In this document: piece by piece, positions 18,225 through 28,262 of the stretch
How positions within the stretch are numbered: the first letter of the stretch is position 1
Layout: every line of letters starts with the position of its first letter
Origin: a virus
Taxonomy: Duplodnaviria > Caudoviricetes
Reading direction: 5' to 3' (one strand)
IMG/VR virus record: IMGVR_UViG_3300020045_001891
Location: 1 to 44,364 of that record
DNA length: 44,364 nt
The notes under the pieces: generated by a model
What the model was told of the DNA's origin: nothing
The model's input: only the letters and a program-made list of their open reading frames with translations
Databases searched by the model: none
Program-made: the position numbers and the translations under genes

Positions 18225-18454
18225 ACTTTGACCTTGTAGGTGCGGATGGATTTATCGCCGTACCAAAGGACGTTTGGCCCCTTGATGATCTTGGAACCGA
18301 AGATAACCTGCACCGGGATACCGGCCTCAGCAGTCGGGTTCTCAAGTTCCTTTGCTGCCTCTGGCTTGGGAGCCTTGGGCTTGGGCATGATGATGTATGC
18401 CGCGATCTGGACCGCGACAGAAATCGCCAGCGCTATGAGCCAACCTGCAACCAT
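18221..18454 (-). CDS. tail assembly protein
   Basis: PTAEAGIPVQVIFGS...PNVLWYGD. Confidence 0.8.
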   Translation of the reverse strand: MVAGWLIALAISVAVQIAAYIIMPKPKAPKPEAAKELENPTAEAGIPVQVIFGSKIIKGPNVLWYGDKSIRTYKVKV

Positions 18455-18466
18455 TTGGTCGTCCTA

Positions 18467-18519
18467 TCACTATTCGGTTGACAAGGGAAGGTTGTTGGGT
18501 CACTTCAACAGCGTGTTGA
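18467..18519. promoter_or_regulatory. divergent control region with two 15-bp palindromes
   Basis: TCACTATTCGGTTGA 18467-18481 and TCAACAGCGTGTTGA 18505-18519; TTGACA 18478. Confidence 0.65.
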
Positions 18520-18537
18520 AACTAGGGAGTGATTCGA

Positions 18538-19050
18538 ATGCGCAGCGTTACTGACGAAGTTCTGGAAATCGTCCGCGAGATGCCGGGTGTCACATCCGGC
18601 CAGATCATCGAACTCATGCCACACATCACAAAGAAGCAGAGCGTCTACGCGGCGCTGAACAGCCAGTATCTGCGTGGCGTGATTGCTCGCGACACTGCGC
18701 CGCCAGAGGGGAAAGGTCGCCCTGCATTTGCGTGGAAGATGAACCCCGACCCTGCGCAGAAGCCGCCAGTGCGTTCGGTCAGCAGTGGAACTTCGCAGAA
18801 GATCGTCGATACCACGGTGACATCGCTCCGCGCCCAGATCGCAGAACTGGAAGCGTGGAAGGCCGATGCGATTGGTCGGTATCCCGATCTGGCAGTTGAT
18901 GCGATTGTGCTGAAGGCGCGCAGCATCGTTGCTGCGGAACTGCACGACGGTGGTGATTTTGTCGGCTCTGAGGTAGTTCTCGCGGGACACCGAGACACAG
19001 TTTTGGCGATGCGGTTGATGATCCGCGCTTTGGAAGGGGAGTTTGCGTGA
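18538..19050 (+). CDS. putative winged-HTH protein, inverted within tail module
   Basis: TAGGGAG RBS; VLEIVREMPGVTSGQIIE...VYAALNS...GKGRPAFAWK. Confidence 0.7.
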   Translation: MRSVTDEVLEIVREMPGVTSGQIIELMPHITKKQSVYAALNSQYLRGVIARDTAPPEGKGRPAFAWKMNPDPAQKPPVRSVSSGTSQKIVDTTVTSLRAQIAELEAWKADAIGRYPDLAVDAIVLKARSIVAAELHDGGDFVGSEVVLAGHRDTVLAMRLMIRALEGEFA

Positions 19051-19322
19051 TGAGCGGTGGTTGCATTTTCTGCGGGGCTGACATTGTAGCAGAACTCAGA
19101 CTCAAACAGCAGATGGTTCACCAGCCCTACATCAAAGCGATGTACGGGGACGTGGCCGATTGGGCCTACCCGATGCACGCTGACCTGATTGTGGAAACCG
19201 CACTGAAGAAGGCTGCGCGAACGATCAAACAAATGGATCACGACAAAGCGTGGTGTTCCTCTGACGTGGAAGAAGCGTTGAGGCTTTTGCGTGCGGCTGT
19301 CGAGGCTATGAATCCTCAATAA
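19047..19322 (+). CDS. hypothetical protein
   Basis: GGGGAG RBS, GTGA coupling; stop overlaps the convergent gene. Confidence 0.6.
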   Translation: MMSGGCIFCGADIVAELRLKQQMVHQPYIKAMYGDVADWAYPMHADLIVETALKKAARTIKQMDHDKAWCSSDVEEALRLLRAAVEAMNPQ

Positions 19323-20170
19323 TAATTCTGCGTCTGCCCAAACGGGTTCTTCGTAGGAATCCACGGCTGTCCACCAAAGTCATTGATGTTGTTGTGCAGA
19401 TCCGCGCAGTCCGTCATCTGGTGGTTGCAGCCGAGGATCACCTTCAAGGTGTCACCTGCTTCCATTGCCGGGATAGGCCCGCCAATCGTCAGCGTATTGG
19501 CAGCGGTGTTCACCTTCAGGATCGCACGACGCTCAAAAGAACCTTGACCGTTCGGCCACTCGACCAGTCCGTTGACAAACTTCGCCTTGTCTCGCGTTCC
19601 GTTCCAACCAGTTGGCAGCGTAACAATGGAGCCTGTGACAGCAGACACCGTGGTCGTCTGCGTCGCAGCAACCTTGCTGGCACGGCATCCACCGCTGGCG
19701 TCACCCATATACAGAGCGTGAGGACAACCATACTGCCAGTGACGGCGCAACCCGGTTCGCATCATCGACGTTGACACCGGCTCACAGGAGAGGGTTGCGA
19801 TGCTGTCTTCCCACCCGCAACCCAGCACCCTGCCCGTCCAGATCACCTTGAACTCTTGGTCGGGGTCACCGACGTGACCGGTTCGTATGACCAGCGTCAC
19901 AGGTTGCGTGGGAGGATAGACGCGGAACAATTCGGCAATCGGTGACAGCGAGTCTACTTCAATGGACAGCGACGACTTGTCGAGCGTTCCTGAGGAATTG
20001 ATGGCACCGCGTCGGATTGTCACGGGCTGGTAGGCGACACCTTCGAATGTTACAGGAATCTCGCAATCGACGAAATAATATTTCTCGTTTGCACCCTCAC
20101 CGTAAACAAAGGAATAAAGGTCAATCGGCTCGCCGTGGAAGATCGACTCTTCGTAGGTTTCGAAACTCAT
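19316..20170 (-). CDS. tail tip protein, DUF2163/BR0599 family
   Basis: GLRRHWQYGCPHALY..C; GCNHQMTDC..HNNINDFGGQPWIPTKNPF. Confidence 0.88.
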   Translation of the reverse strand: MSFETYEESIFHGEPIDLYSFVYGEGANEKYYFVDCEIPVTFEGVAYQPVTIRRGAINSSGTLDKSSLSIEVDSLSPIAELFRVYPPTQPVTLVIRTGHVGDPDQEFKVIWTGRVLGCGWEDSIATLSCEPVSTSMMRTGLRRHWQYGCPHALYMGDASGGCRASKVAATQTTTVSAVTGSIVTLPTGWNGTRDKAKFVNGLVEWPNGQGSFERRAILKVNTAANTLTIGGPIPAMEAGDTLKVILGCNHQMTDCADLHNNINDFGGQPWIPTKNPFGQTQNYY

Positions 20171-20202
20171 TGTGGGTGGTCCTTAGGTTGCTGGGGTTGC
20201 GG

Positions 20203-21633
20203 TTAGGCTATCAAAGGATAGTTGACCACCGTAGACAGAAATTCGCTTGGCGTGACCACATCAATGACGCCAGCGTAGTATCTGTCCGCGACGTAGGCGA
20301 GGAACGCTGAGTATGCAGCAAACGCGGTGTCAATCGACTGCGTGGGTGTCGTCTTCATGATGTGGGTATACATGTTCATTGACTCACCCTTTGCGATGCA
20401 GTCGTCTAACCACGCACTCATGATTGCGTTCGTTTTCAGAATTGCTTGGCCAGTGCCACCACTGAAGCCGCCTGCGTCATAACTGCCCATGCGAAGCAAA
20501 CTCTGGCGTCCCAAAGATGACAGACAGAAGGACGGCTTTCGAAACTCACGTTGAGCGCGAAAACCAAGTGATGCTGCTATGGCATCGACAGCGTTGTTCC
20601 GGGAATTGAATGGATACATGATCCAGTCGAGCGCGCGAGTATAACCGTTGTCGATCAGCGACTGTCGCCCATCCAGCATACTCTGTCTGCACTGCGCCTC
20701 TGTCAGAGTCACATGGTTAAGGTGGCCAGCACCACCTTGCGTTATGATGTCCCAACCATCGCCATAAAGTTGATCATGCGCGGCCTTCACGCCATTAGGG
20801 TCCACAGCGGGTGCGACCTTGTCGGCGTCTTGCGCAATGTACCCACGTAGCCCGTAACGACGAAACAGTTCGCGCGTTTTCCCAAGCATCGCGCCACCAT
20901 CAACATTCGGATTAATATCAGGTACGCCGTCAAAGCCGAGCATCACCGTTGGACGACCCTTGCCGTTTACCGCCACCATGTCGATGTCGAACCATCTCTG
21001 GTCCAACGGCGTAGATGCGTCAGGAACATACTCAATTTGGAGATACTCAATCTCAGCAGCATCAGGTGTCCCGGTCACCACCCAATCAATCCCAAGTGGG
21101 ACTGCCTGAGAATATACCTTACCGGAAGGCATGATCGTGAGTGGAAACCATGAACCATAAATCAAATTGCCAGACACAAGGGTAGCCTTGCGCATGTTGG
21201 CAGGATTTGTTGTCGAGGGTGGGTCAGAAGGCGTGTCGGACGAATACGCGATATTCAAAGTGGGTGCCCCAGCACTAGGCTCTGGCAGGAACAGCCATAT
21301 TTCGATTTTTCCAGTCAGTGCAGTCACTGGTACTTTCGTGTAAATCCGCCCCGTCGTTGTGCTAGTGGCAGAGATACGCATGACTGGCGAACCGGGACGA
21401 CGAGCGTTGGTCAAGCTGACAGCACGATTGATCGCCCCCGCAAAGTTCCAGCCGCCCGCCGTAAAGCTGCTACCATTGCCATCGGCACCTTGTCGCAGGC
21501 ATCGCGACCGCGCTGGGACAAGGTAGTCCTTCTGTTCGCGGTTTAGAGCGAGGTCGAAAACTTTTGCCCGCGCCGTGCGATCCCCAATCGCATCGACAAC
21601 GTCTGCATCCAAAACCCGAGTACCCATAATCAA
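20203..21633 (-). CDS. tail-associated protein with polysaccharide deacetylase-like C-terminal domain
   Basis: VMLGFDG, GWDI, HLNH, YPF, YTH, VVTPSE resemble a NodB/CE4 barrel; start may be 21627. Confidence 0.65.
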   Translation of the reverse strand: MIMGTRVLDADVVDAIGDRTARAKVFDLALNREQKDYLVPARSRCLRQGADGNGSSFTAGGWNFAGAINRAVSLTNARRPGSPVMRISATSTTTGRIYTKVPVTALTGKIEIWLFLPEPSAGAPTLNIAYSSDTPSDPPSTTNPANMRKATLVSGNLIYGSWFPLTIMPSGKVYSQAVPLGIDWVVTGTPDAAEIEYLQIEYVPDASTPLDQRWFDIDMVAVNGKGRPTVMLGFDGVPDINPNVDGGAMLGKTRELFRRYGLRGYIAQDADKVAPAVDPNGVKAAHDQLYGDGWDIITQGGAGHLNHVTLTEAQCRQSMLDGRQSLIDNGYTRALDWIMYPFNSRNNAVDAIAASLGFRAQREFRKPSFCLSSLGRQSLLRMGSYDAGGFSGGTGQAILKTNAIMSAWLDDCIAKGESMNMYTHIMKTTPTQSIDTAFAAYSAFLAYVADRYYAGVIDVVTPSEFLSTVVNYPLIA

Positions 21634-23132
21634 CTCTCCACAATGAAGTAATCACCGTCGCCATCGACGAGGTAATCACCGCCATACAACAGGAAACTAT
21701 AACCGGCAGGCAACGGTGGCAGACCGCCACCGGGAACATCGATAACCGGATCTTCGGCGTCATTGCCAAACGTCAGCGCGTCCCACAAGCTATTGTTGAT
21801 CAGGTTATCGACAGCACTCAACCCCAGCGCTTCAACGTCACCGAACGGTAGCGCCACGTTGGTCGCAAAGTCGAGCGCTTCAAGCACCCGCTGACTCTCT
21901 TCGCCCCAGTTGTCCATGACCCAGTTGGCAGCGCCATCGAGTGACGCATAGTCCTGCTCATCGGAACCATAGGTGACCGTCACCGTGCGGGTCTGCCACT
22001 GCGCTACGCTGTCGGACAGGTATTCCAGAGTCACTTCGTCGCTGGCGAACCGCGCCATGCTCATCCAACTTACCTTGGCGATGAGACTGGCAGGAATCAC
22101 CGTCGTCACCGCAGCAGAAAGCGTCAGGGCAGAATTGCCACCCGAAGCAATGATGCTGTTGAACTTGCGATACACCCGGCGACCGTCGCGCAGATACAGC
22201 GCAACCCCGCGATATATTTCGCTGGTGCCATAGTCGTTTGCTGCGGCGGTGCCTGCGACGGTGAGCGTGGTAGCGCCGCTGGTGACATCGGCCACAACGG
22301 TGAGGTCTTCAGTGCCGGTGGGCATCCAGAACTGGCCGCACTGACCCTTTTGGCGCTCGATGAAGCGCTGCATGTAGTCGATCTGGTAGGGATCATGCCG
22401 CAACACAGTGGCAGTTTGACCAACCTTGCCGAAGTCAACGGGTCGATGGGTGGTGATGACACCACGGTCAAAGTCCACGTTTTCGATCTGCCACGAATAC
22501 TCGGCGGCGACGGACTCACCCCAGTTCCACGGAAACGAGAAGACTTCCTTGCCGTCCACCACATAGGGGAAGAACAGGTTGTCGCTGTTTGGCACCGAAC
22601 CGGGAGTCACATCGTAACTGACCTGAACGCTGACGGTGTTGCTGGTGTTCACCGTGCTGTTAATCGTCGCCAGCAGCCCAGCATAGGCAGGGCGCAGCAC
22701 CGTGGCAGCGCTATGCTCTTGGGCGACAGGTGTGAGCAGTTCCACCGTGTAGGCAGACACTGAGGCGATGGTGACCTGCGTCACTGTGTCGCCGTCAACC
22801 AGAAACGCCTTTGCGCCGATGCTCACCCACTCAGGGGCGATGTCTCGCAGCGACAGATACTCTGAGCCGCTGGCGATACCGTGCGTTGGGGCTGCGCGCA
22901 TCCAGTCGGGGAACAGAAAGTCGGCGTTCTGCTTGGTCGCCATGAGACGGCTGAAACGCAGCATGTCGTCTCGGTGCGCGAGGCTGGTGAAATCGACACG
23001 GCGACGCGGGGTGCTGCGAAGCGCGCGACGCTGCTCGTAGCCACTGCGCGACGTGAAGGTGTCCGTTTTATAGGACAGCGTGACTTCAGGTGCGTTCGAC
23101 CAGTTGGGCCGGAAGGGAAAGGTCTCTGGCAT
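21630..23132 (-). CDS. distal tail protein with C-terminal extension
   Basis: FPFRPNWS, YKTD, GYEQRRALR, GQFWMPT, ARFASDEV; follows tape measure. Confidence 0.8.
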   Translation of the reverse strand: MPETFPFRPNWSNAPEVTLSYKTDTFTSRSGYEQRRALRSTPRRRVDFTSLAHRDDMLRFSRLMATKQNADFLFPDWMRAAPTHGIASGSEYLSLRDIAPEWVSIGAKAFLVDGDTVTQVTIASVSAYTVELLTPVAQEHSAATVLRPAYAGLLATINSTVNTSNTVSVQVSYDVTPGSVPNSDNLFFPYVVDGKEVFSFPWNWGESVAAEYSWQIENVDFDRGVITTHRPVDFGKVGQTATVLRHDPYQIDYMQRFIERQKGQCGQFWMPTGTEDLTVVADVTSGATTLTVAGTAAANDYGTSEIYRGVALYLRDGRRVYRKFNSIIASGGNSALTLSAAVTTVIPASLIAKVSWMSMARFASDEVTLEYLSDSVAQWQTRTVTVTYGSDEQDYASLDGAANWVMDNWGEESQRVLEALDFATNVALPFGDVEALGLSAVDNLINNSLWDALTFGNDAEDPVIDVPGGGLPPLPAGYSFLLYGGDYLVDGDGDYFIVES

Positions 23133-26100
23133 CAACCACCGCCCATCGCTTGCTTGAAGGCGCGGGGATTGTTGCGAACCAGATTCATGATCGCCTTTTC
23201 CCCGGCCTTGGTGTTCGCACCCTTGCTGAAGAAGTCTTCAGCGTCAAACGTGTTGACGATCTTCACGTCACCGCGACCACCGCCGCCGTTGAGCATATGA
23301 CGCGGGTCGTCGCGCGTCAGGACTTCTTCGCCGCGCATGAGGATGCTTGGGACTTCACCCGGCTTCAGACCCGCGATACCGCCAGAGTGGTAGCGGGTTG
23401 CGTTGGCGAACATGGCGGGGTTGATGCTGCGGAACTGACCGCCGCTACCAACTACACCGCCGCTGTGGAACTGAAGACCGCTCAGATTGAAGTTGGAGAA
23501 GCCGCCACCAAGGCTGTTCGTCGCTGCGCCTGCACCACCACCGCCCAGACCGCCACCGATGCTCGACAGCAACCCAGACACCAGATTGAAGATGATCTGT
23601 TGCTGGATCATCTGTGCGATCTGAATGAGGAAGTTCGCGGCGAACTCACGGAACGCGGTCAGCAGCGACCCGAAAGCGTTTTCGCCGTTGGCAACAGCCT
23701 GTGCGAATTTGTCGATGGCGCTGACGGCCAGACTGGTGAACGTGTTCGCAATCTGCTGACCGCCGATACCCAGAATCGAGGTCCACTGGCGCGTGGATTC
23801 GTTCAGCGCGTCCTGCTTCAGTTTCAGCGTATCGAGCGCCTCACTGGACAGGCCGAGTGCTTCCGCGTTCGCGATCTGGTAGTCCAGCAGTTGCTGTGCT
23901 GCGTCTCGCAGCGCTCCGTTGGTGGTGCCCAGTTGCTCTTCCAGAGCGCGAGCAGTGCCGGTGTTGCCCCGTTCCAGTTCACTCTGGATCTGCGCCTGAA
24001 TACTATCACGCAGCGCCAAGAGTTCGTTGACCTTGGTTTGAAGTTCACCTTGGACTACGCCTGTGGTTTGCAGGTCGAACCCTGCGCCCACGCTGCTGCG
24101 GATTGCAGACTCTTGGTCGCCGGTAAGCTGCGCGTTCGGGTCGTTCAGTTTGTCGCGCAACTTGGCGCGGGCAGCCGCAATGGCTTCCTGAACCGCCTGT
24201 TCCTTCTGCGCAGCCAACAACGCTTCGCCTTGAAGCCCGACCAATTCGCGCTGCGCTTCCACGGAGCGCTGCCGCTTTGAAACTTCGTCTTCGAGGTCGG
24301 CGTTGAACTCGCGTTGCTGTTCGCCACGCTTATCGTCAACCTCTTTCGCACCTTCAGTGATCGAAAGGTTGGGTTGACCGAGAATGTCCGCCTCGCGCAT
24401 ACGGCGCGAATAGTTGATCGGCTTCCCGTTGCGACCAAGGTTGCGGCCAGCGGCACGCTCACTGGCAGTCCTGTCGTTGGCAAGCTGGCGAACCGCTGCT
24501 GCGATTTCTTCTTCCGTGCCCTCGCGCAACACAGGTTCAAGCGTCTGTGCCAACCGCTTCGAGTTGACACCGTAGTTGTAATACAGCGAAATAATTGCGC
24601 CCTGCTGCTGCGCGCTGAACTTTTTGAAGCGTTCACCACCGAGTCGCTTTTCCAGAACGTCGATGAGGCTATTGATACGACGATCAAGGTCACGCTCTGC
24701 GCCCTCTTTGGTGGTCGTGTCGCCATACTGCACCCGACGATATGTGCCGTCAGGGTTAGTAATCGTGTCGCTACCAAAGCCGAGACGCGGAGTCCCTTCA
24801 TCGTTGTAAGCCTTGCGGCTGAACTTGCCGCCGATACCTTCCAGTTCGCGCAGCAGCGCTTTGGCTTGGAACAGGCCGGTGTTTTGCTGTTTCGCAAGCG
24901 CCGCCGCCTCACGTTCCGCCTGTTCGGCGGAGCGCTTTCGTGTCTCGGCAATCTGCTTTAGTTGCGTGTTGTATTCGTCGGCTTTCTTGTTAAGCCGCTC
25001 CTGAACCAACTCTTCCGCAATACGACGCTCTTCGGCGTTGCGTGGTGCCCCCAGTTCGCGATTCACCTCCACGCGGATGCGCTTTATATCCTCCGCTAGT
25101 TTCTTTTGCTTCTCGGCTTCGGTTGTAACCTTACCTTCAGCCTTGGCCCGCTCCCGTGCATCGCGATAGGTGTCGCGCACCGTCGTCTGCGACTGCTTCT
25201 GGATGCCCAGCAGTTCGTTTGCGCGCTTGATTTCTGCTGCGTAGAAGGCCGAGTCCGACGCAGTTGCACCAGTAAACCCAGTGGCAGTCCGCTTGATACC
25301 TCCACCCGCGCGAGCGAGGATTGCGTCAAGTTCTGACTGAGGTGCAGCGGCAGTCGCGGCGGGGCGGGTCGTCCTTCCGAATGCACTGGCGGCTGCAATT
25401 GCAGTGGCTGGGTTGACTACCAGCCCTGCACCAAAGATCGACGCTCCTACAGGATTGCTGGAAATTTTGTCGATACCGCCGACAATGTCAGAAATCACAT
25501 TCGCCACAGCCGTAAGTGCGGTGACGATCCCTTGAATCACGTTGCTGTTGGCAAGGCTGGTCTTTAGGCGCTCCCACGAATCCGAGAGATTGTTGATCGC
25601 CTTATCCCACGGGCCGTCCGCCTCGCGTGCCAGATTACCGTAACGCTCTGTCAGGATTTTCGTGGCTTCAGCATTTGCGCCAAGTGCATCACCGTTCTCG
25701 ATCAGCGCGCGGATGCTGTTAAGTTCACTGTCTGTGAAGGCGTTGATCTGCTTATCGAGTTCCACCAGTGCGTCATAACCGCCCGTGAGAGCGTCAGCCA
25801 GCGACTGCGCAGCGGTTGGAATGTCGCTCCCCAGCACAACCGCCAGACCCTTGGCAGCCTCACCGAAGTCGCGAATAGCAGACTGGTCGAAACCCGACTT
25901 GGTCGCAATACGAACAATCTTCATGGCATCGTCGGTCGCAATGCCGATTGCTGCCATCGACTTGGCAACCTTTACCAGTTCGCCAGCGTTGTAATTTGCC
26001 CCGTCTGCGGTTGCCCTGAGAACGGCTTGCAAATCACGCAGACGATCCGCTGCGGTGAGTGCTTCGTTGATCGCTATGACCAATGTGCCAATTGCGGCAA

Positions 26101-27568
26101 CAGCGCCGCCAATCGCAGCCGGGAAGTAGCGGAACGCACCCGTAACAGCGTTCCCCACTTTCGGGAACAACTGAAGAATCTGACCGCCCTGTTGCGCCAA
26201 CGTCTGTGACAGCGAAGTCCCCGACGCAAGTTGCGTAGCAATATCGTTGAACTGGAACAGCAGGTTCTGGGTCTGGTAGGGATTCAGGCCGAACAGTTGC
26301 GGGTTGGACTGTTCGCCCAACTGCTCAGATTTACGGCGAACTGCTTCCAGTGCCTTGACGTATTCCTTCTGGCTGAGGATCGACTTACCTGTGGTTTTAT
26401 CGACCGTCGTGAGAGCCTTGTCGAGTTTCGCCGTCTCACGGACAAGAAACTGTTCAGCATAACCGGCGCGGTCAAACTCGCGGCGCAGTTCCTGCACGTA
26501 GGTCGAGAGACTCTGAAACTCGCGGTCGGCCTTTTCGGCTGCCAGCGCAGAACCGTCCAAGCCAGCCTTGAAGCGCTGCAACTGTGCGTCGGCTTGGCCT
26601 TGCGACAGGAAGCCGCCTGACACCGCTGCATTGAGTCGGCTCTGCTCGTCTGCCAGTAGGCGCGAAGCCTTGGCTGCCGGGTCGAGTGCTTCTGCCACGT
26701 CGCGGGCGTAGCGCTGCACCTGTGCGAGCGCGTCGGCGGTTTCTTTGGCCTGTGCTTCTGCAACCTTCAGCGCAGCAGCGGCGTCGCGGGTTGAGGCAGC
26801 GTCTTCGGCAGCGAACACAGGCGCAAAGGTGCGTTCCAGATCGGTCTGTCGTATGGCGCGCAGTCCGGTGTTGCCACTGGTTCCACCGGTCACACCAGTG
26901 TTGCGATTAACGGTCGCAGCGACGGCGCGGTTGTTGGCAGCACGTTCCGCTTCAGCACCGGCAGCCTTCTCAGCAACCGTCAACTTATTCAGCGTGTCAA
27001 TCTGCTTCAGGTATTCGGCGTTGGTCTGGCGAATAGCGCCTGCCACGTCACCCTGAACGGCACGGATGGACTGCGTTGCGTCTCGCGCATCGGCAATCTT
27101 ACCGATCAGCGCGTCAATGCGCCCAATGTCAGCCTGCAACCCGGAAGTCTGACTCTTCAGATCACGGGCAACCTTGGACAACGCCCCCTTGGTTACGTCC
27201 TGCTCACGCGGCCCTACGAACGTCTTCGACAGTTGCTGCTGGTAGCGCGCCTCAGTTGCCGTCAACTCTTCAATGCGGCGGCGGCGTTCCGTGATGCTGT
27301 TGTTGAGTGCTGCAAGGCGACCCGATTGCAGGTCGTAAGCCTTACTGGCAGAAACAAGGCCGGAATCCAGTTTCTTGAACAGGGCGTCGAGACTGCCAAG
27401 GTTCTTGCCCAGATCCTCGACAAACTTCCCGACGCCACCGCTGCCGCCCTGAAGCGCAGTTCCAGCGCTGCCCAGATCCTTCAGCGACTTTGCGACTGTG
27501 TCTAGCGCCTTGGATGCTTCATCCTGCGCTTTGACCCTCAGTTCAACATTGACGCTGCGACCGGCCAC
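23132..27568 (-). CDS. tape measure protein with internal lysozyme-like domain
   Basis: 1478 aa; QFNDIATQLASG..QQGGQI; GH24-like RELEG..AYND..LGFG..SLYYNYG..RRMRE; FHSGG/YHSGG..GEEVLT. Confidence 0.93.
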   Translation of the reverse strand: MAGRSVNVELRVKAQDEASKALDTVAKSLKDLGSAGTALQGGSGGVGKFVEDLGKNLGSLDALFKKLDSGLVSASKAYDLQSGRLAALNNSITERRRRIEELTATEARYQQQLSKTFVGPREQDVTKGALSKVARDLKSQTSGLQADIGRIDALIGKIADARDATQSIRAVQGDVAGAIRQTNAEYLKQIDTLNKLTVAEKAAGAEAERAANNRAVAATVNRNTGVTGGTSGNTGLRAIRQTDLERTFAPVFAAEDAASTRDAAAALKVAEAQAKETADALAQVQRYARDVAEALDPAAKASRLLADEQSRLNAAVSGGFLSQGQADAQLQRFKAGLDGSALAAEKADREFQSLSTYVQELRREFDRAGYAEQFLVRETAKLDKALTTVDKTTGKSILSQKEYVKALEAVRRKSEQLGEQSNPQLFGLNPYQTQNLLFQFNDIATQLASGTSLSQTLAQQGGQILQLFPKVGNAVTGAFRYFPAAIGGAVAAIGTLVIAINEALTAADRLRDLQAVLRATADGANYNAGELVKVAKSMAAIGIATDDAMKIVRIATKSGFDQSAIRDFGEAAKGLAVVLGSDIPTAAQSLADALTGGYDALVELDKQINAFTDSELNSIRALIENGDALGANAEATKILTERYGNLAREADGPWDKAINNLSDSWERLKTSLANSNVIQGIVTALTAVANVISDIVGGIDKISSNPVGASIFGAGLVVNPATAIAAASAFGRTTRPAATAAAPQSELDAILARAGGGIKRTATGFTGATASDSAFYAAEIKRANELLGIQKQSQTTVRDTYRDARERAKAEGKVTTEAEKQKKLAEDIKRIRVEVNRELGAPRNAEERRIAEELVQERLNKKADEYNTQLKQIAETRKRSAEQAEREAAALAKQQNTGLFQAKALLRELEGIGGKFSRKAYNDEGTPRLGFGSDTITNPDGTYRRVQYGDTTTKEGAERDLDRRINSLIDVLEKRLGGERFKKFSAQQQGAIISLYYNYGVNSKRLAQTLEPVLREGTEEEIAAAVRQLANDRTASERAAGRNLGRNGKPINYSRRMREADILGQPNLSITEGAKEVDDKRGEQQREFNADLEDEVSKRQRSVEAQRELVGLQGEALLAAQKEQAVQEAIAAARAKLRDKLNDPNAQLTGDQESAIRSSVGAGFDLQTTGVVQGELQTKVNELLALRDSIQAQIQSELERGNTGTARALEEQLGTTNGALRDAAQQLLDYQIANAEALGLSSEALDTLKLKQDALNESTRQWTSILGIGGQQIANTFTSLAVSAIDKFAQAVANGENAFGSLLTAFREFAANFLIQIAQMIQQQIIFNLVSGLLSSIGGGLGGGGAGAATNSLGGGFSNFNLSGLQFHSGGVVGSGGQFRSINPAMFANATRYHSGGIAGLKPGEVPSILMRGEEVLTRDDPRHMLNGGGGRGDVKIVNTFDAEDFFSKGANTKAGEKAIMNLVRNNPRAFKQAMGGG

Positions 27569-27879
27569 TAGGCTTCTCCGTTCATCTTCTTAATGAAATC
27601 GTTGAACGACTTCACTGTCTCTTTGGAAGCAGTCATTCCCGTGGTGCCGGTGGCCTTCTGGATAATCACCGCGAGACTGACTAGATTCCTATTCTGCCTC
27701 TCTACCACGAGTTCGGCTTCTTCCCAAATCCTTGCGATAGGGTAAGCGTAGACATCAGAATGCCCGTGGTCGAGCAGCAGGCTACAGTGTGCCCTTAGTT
27801 GTCTGACCCAACTGCCAATGTCGTCATCGGCGCGTTCAGTTGCTGGATTAGCCCGGCCAGCAGGGCGAAGAACTTTTTT
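27568..27879 (-). CDS. tail assembly chaperone, -1 frameshift extension (gpT-like)
   Basis: open -1 frame from the slippery site: ...LRAHCSLLLDHGHSDVYAYPIARIWEEAELVVER...KKMNGEA*, stop overlaps tape measure GTG. Confidence 0.85.
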   Translation of the reverse strand, partial: KKVLRPAGRANPATERADDDIGSWVRQLRAHCSLLLDHGHSDVYAYPIARIWEEAELVVERQNRNLVSLAVIIQKATGTTGMTASKETVKSFNDFIKKMNGEA

Positions 27880-28244
27880 GGCGGCATCTCCGGGGAGAAC
27901 GTCAATTCGCCAATCTTCATCAGCGCATCAACTTGAACCGGCAACGGCAGCGACCGCGCAATGGCGACTTCTTCTTCCCAGTATTCGGTTTCAGGACGCC
28001 CACCAGAGGCAAGCGCGATTCCTTCTGCGATGACGATGGGGAACTGTGTGACGATACCTTCGACGCTGCTGAGAACATCTGAAGCCTGACTGCGACCCGA
28101 CAGATTGTCGAACAGCACAGCAAGGTCTTCGCGGTGGCGACTGTAAAGCCCAAACACCTGATCGGCGGAAACCCCGCTGACAGTGAATTTCTCACTGCCA
28201 ACGAGGACTTCGCGCTTCGGGATGGTGATGTTACGGAGTGACAT
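27795..28244 (-). CDS. tail assembly chaperone (gpG-like)
   Basis: between tail tube and tape measure; contains CCA AAA AAG. Confidence 0.85.
   Translation of the reverse strand: MSLRNITIPKREVLVGSEKFTVSGVSADQVFGLYSRHREDLAVLFDNLSGRSQASDVLSSVEGIVTQFPIVIAEGIALASGGRPETEYWEEEVAIARSLPLPVQVDALMKIGELTFSPEMPPKKFFALLAGLIQQLNAPMTTLAVGSDN
27873..27879 (-). other. programmed -1 frameshift heptamer A_AAA_AAG
   Basis: in phase in gpG (P-K-K); -1 frame open to 27568. Confidence 0.85.
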
Positions 28245-28262
28245 GGTCCCTTAGCCCTTCCG

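Noticed and set aside
23090-24280. 396-aa plus-strand ORF and other long antisense ORFs (24314, 30558, 33710, 42701)
   Set aside because: Shadows of GC-rich minus-strand genes with no recognisable motifs
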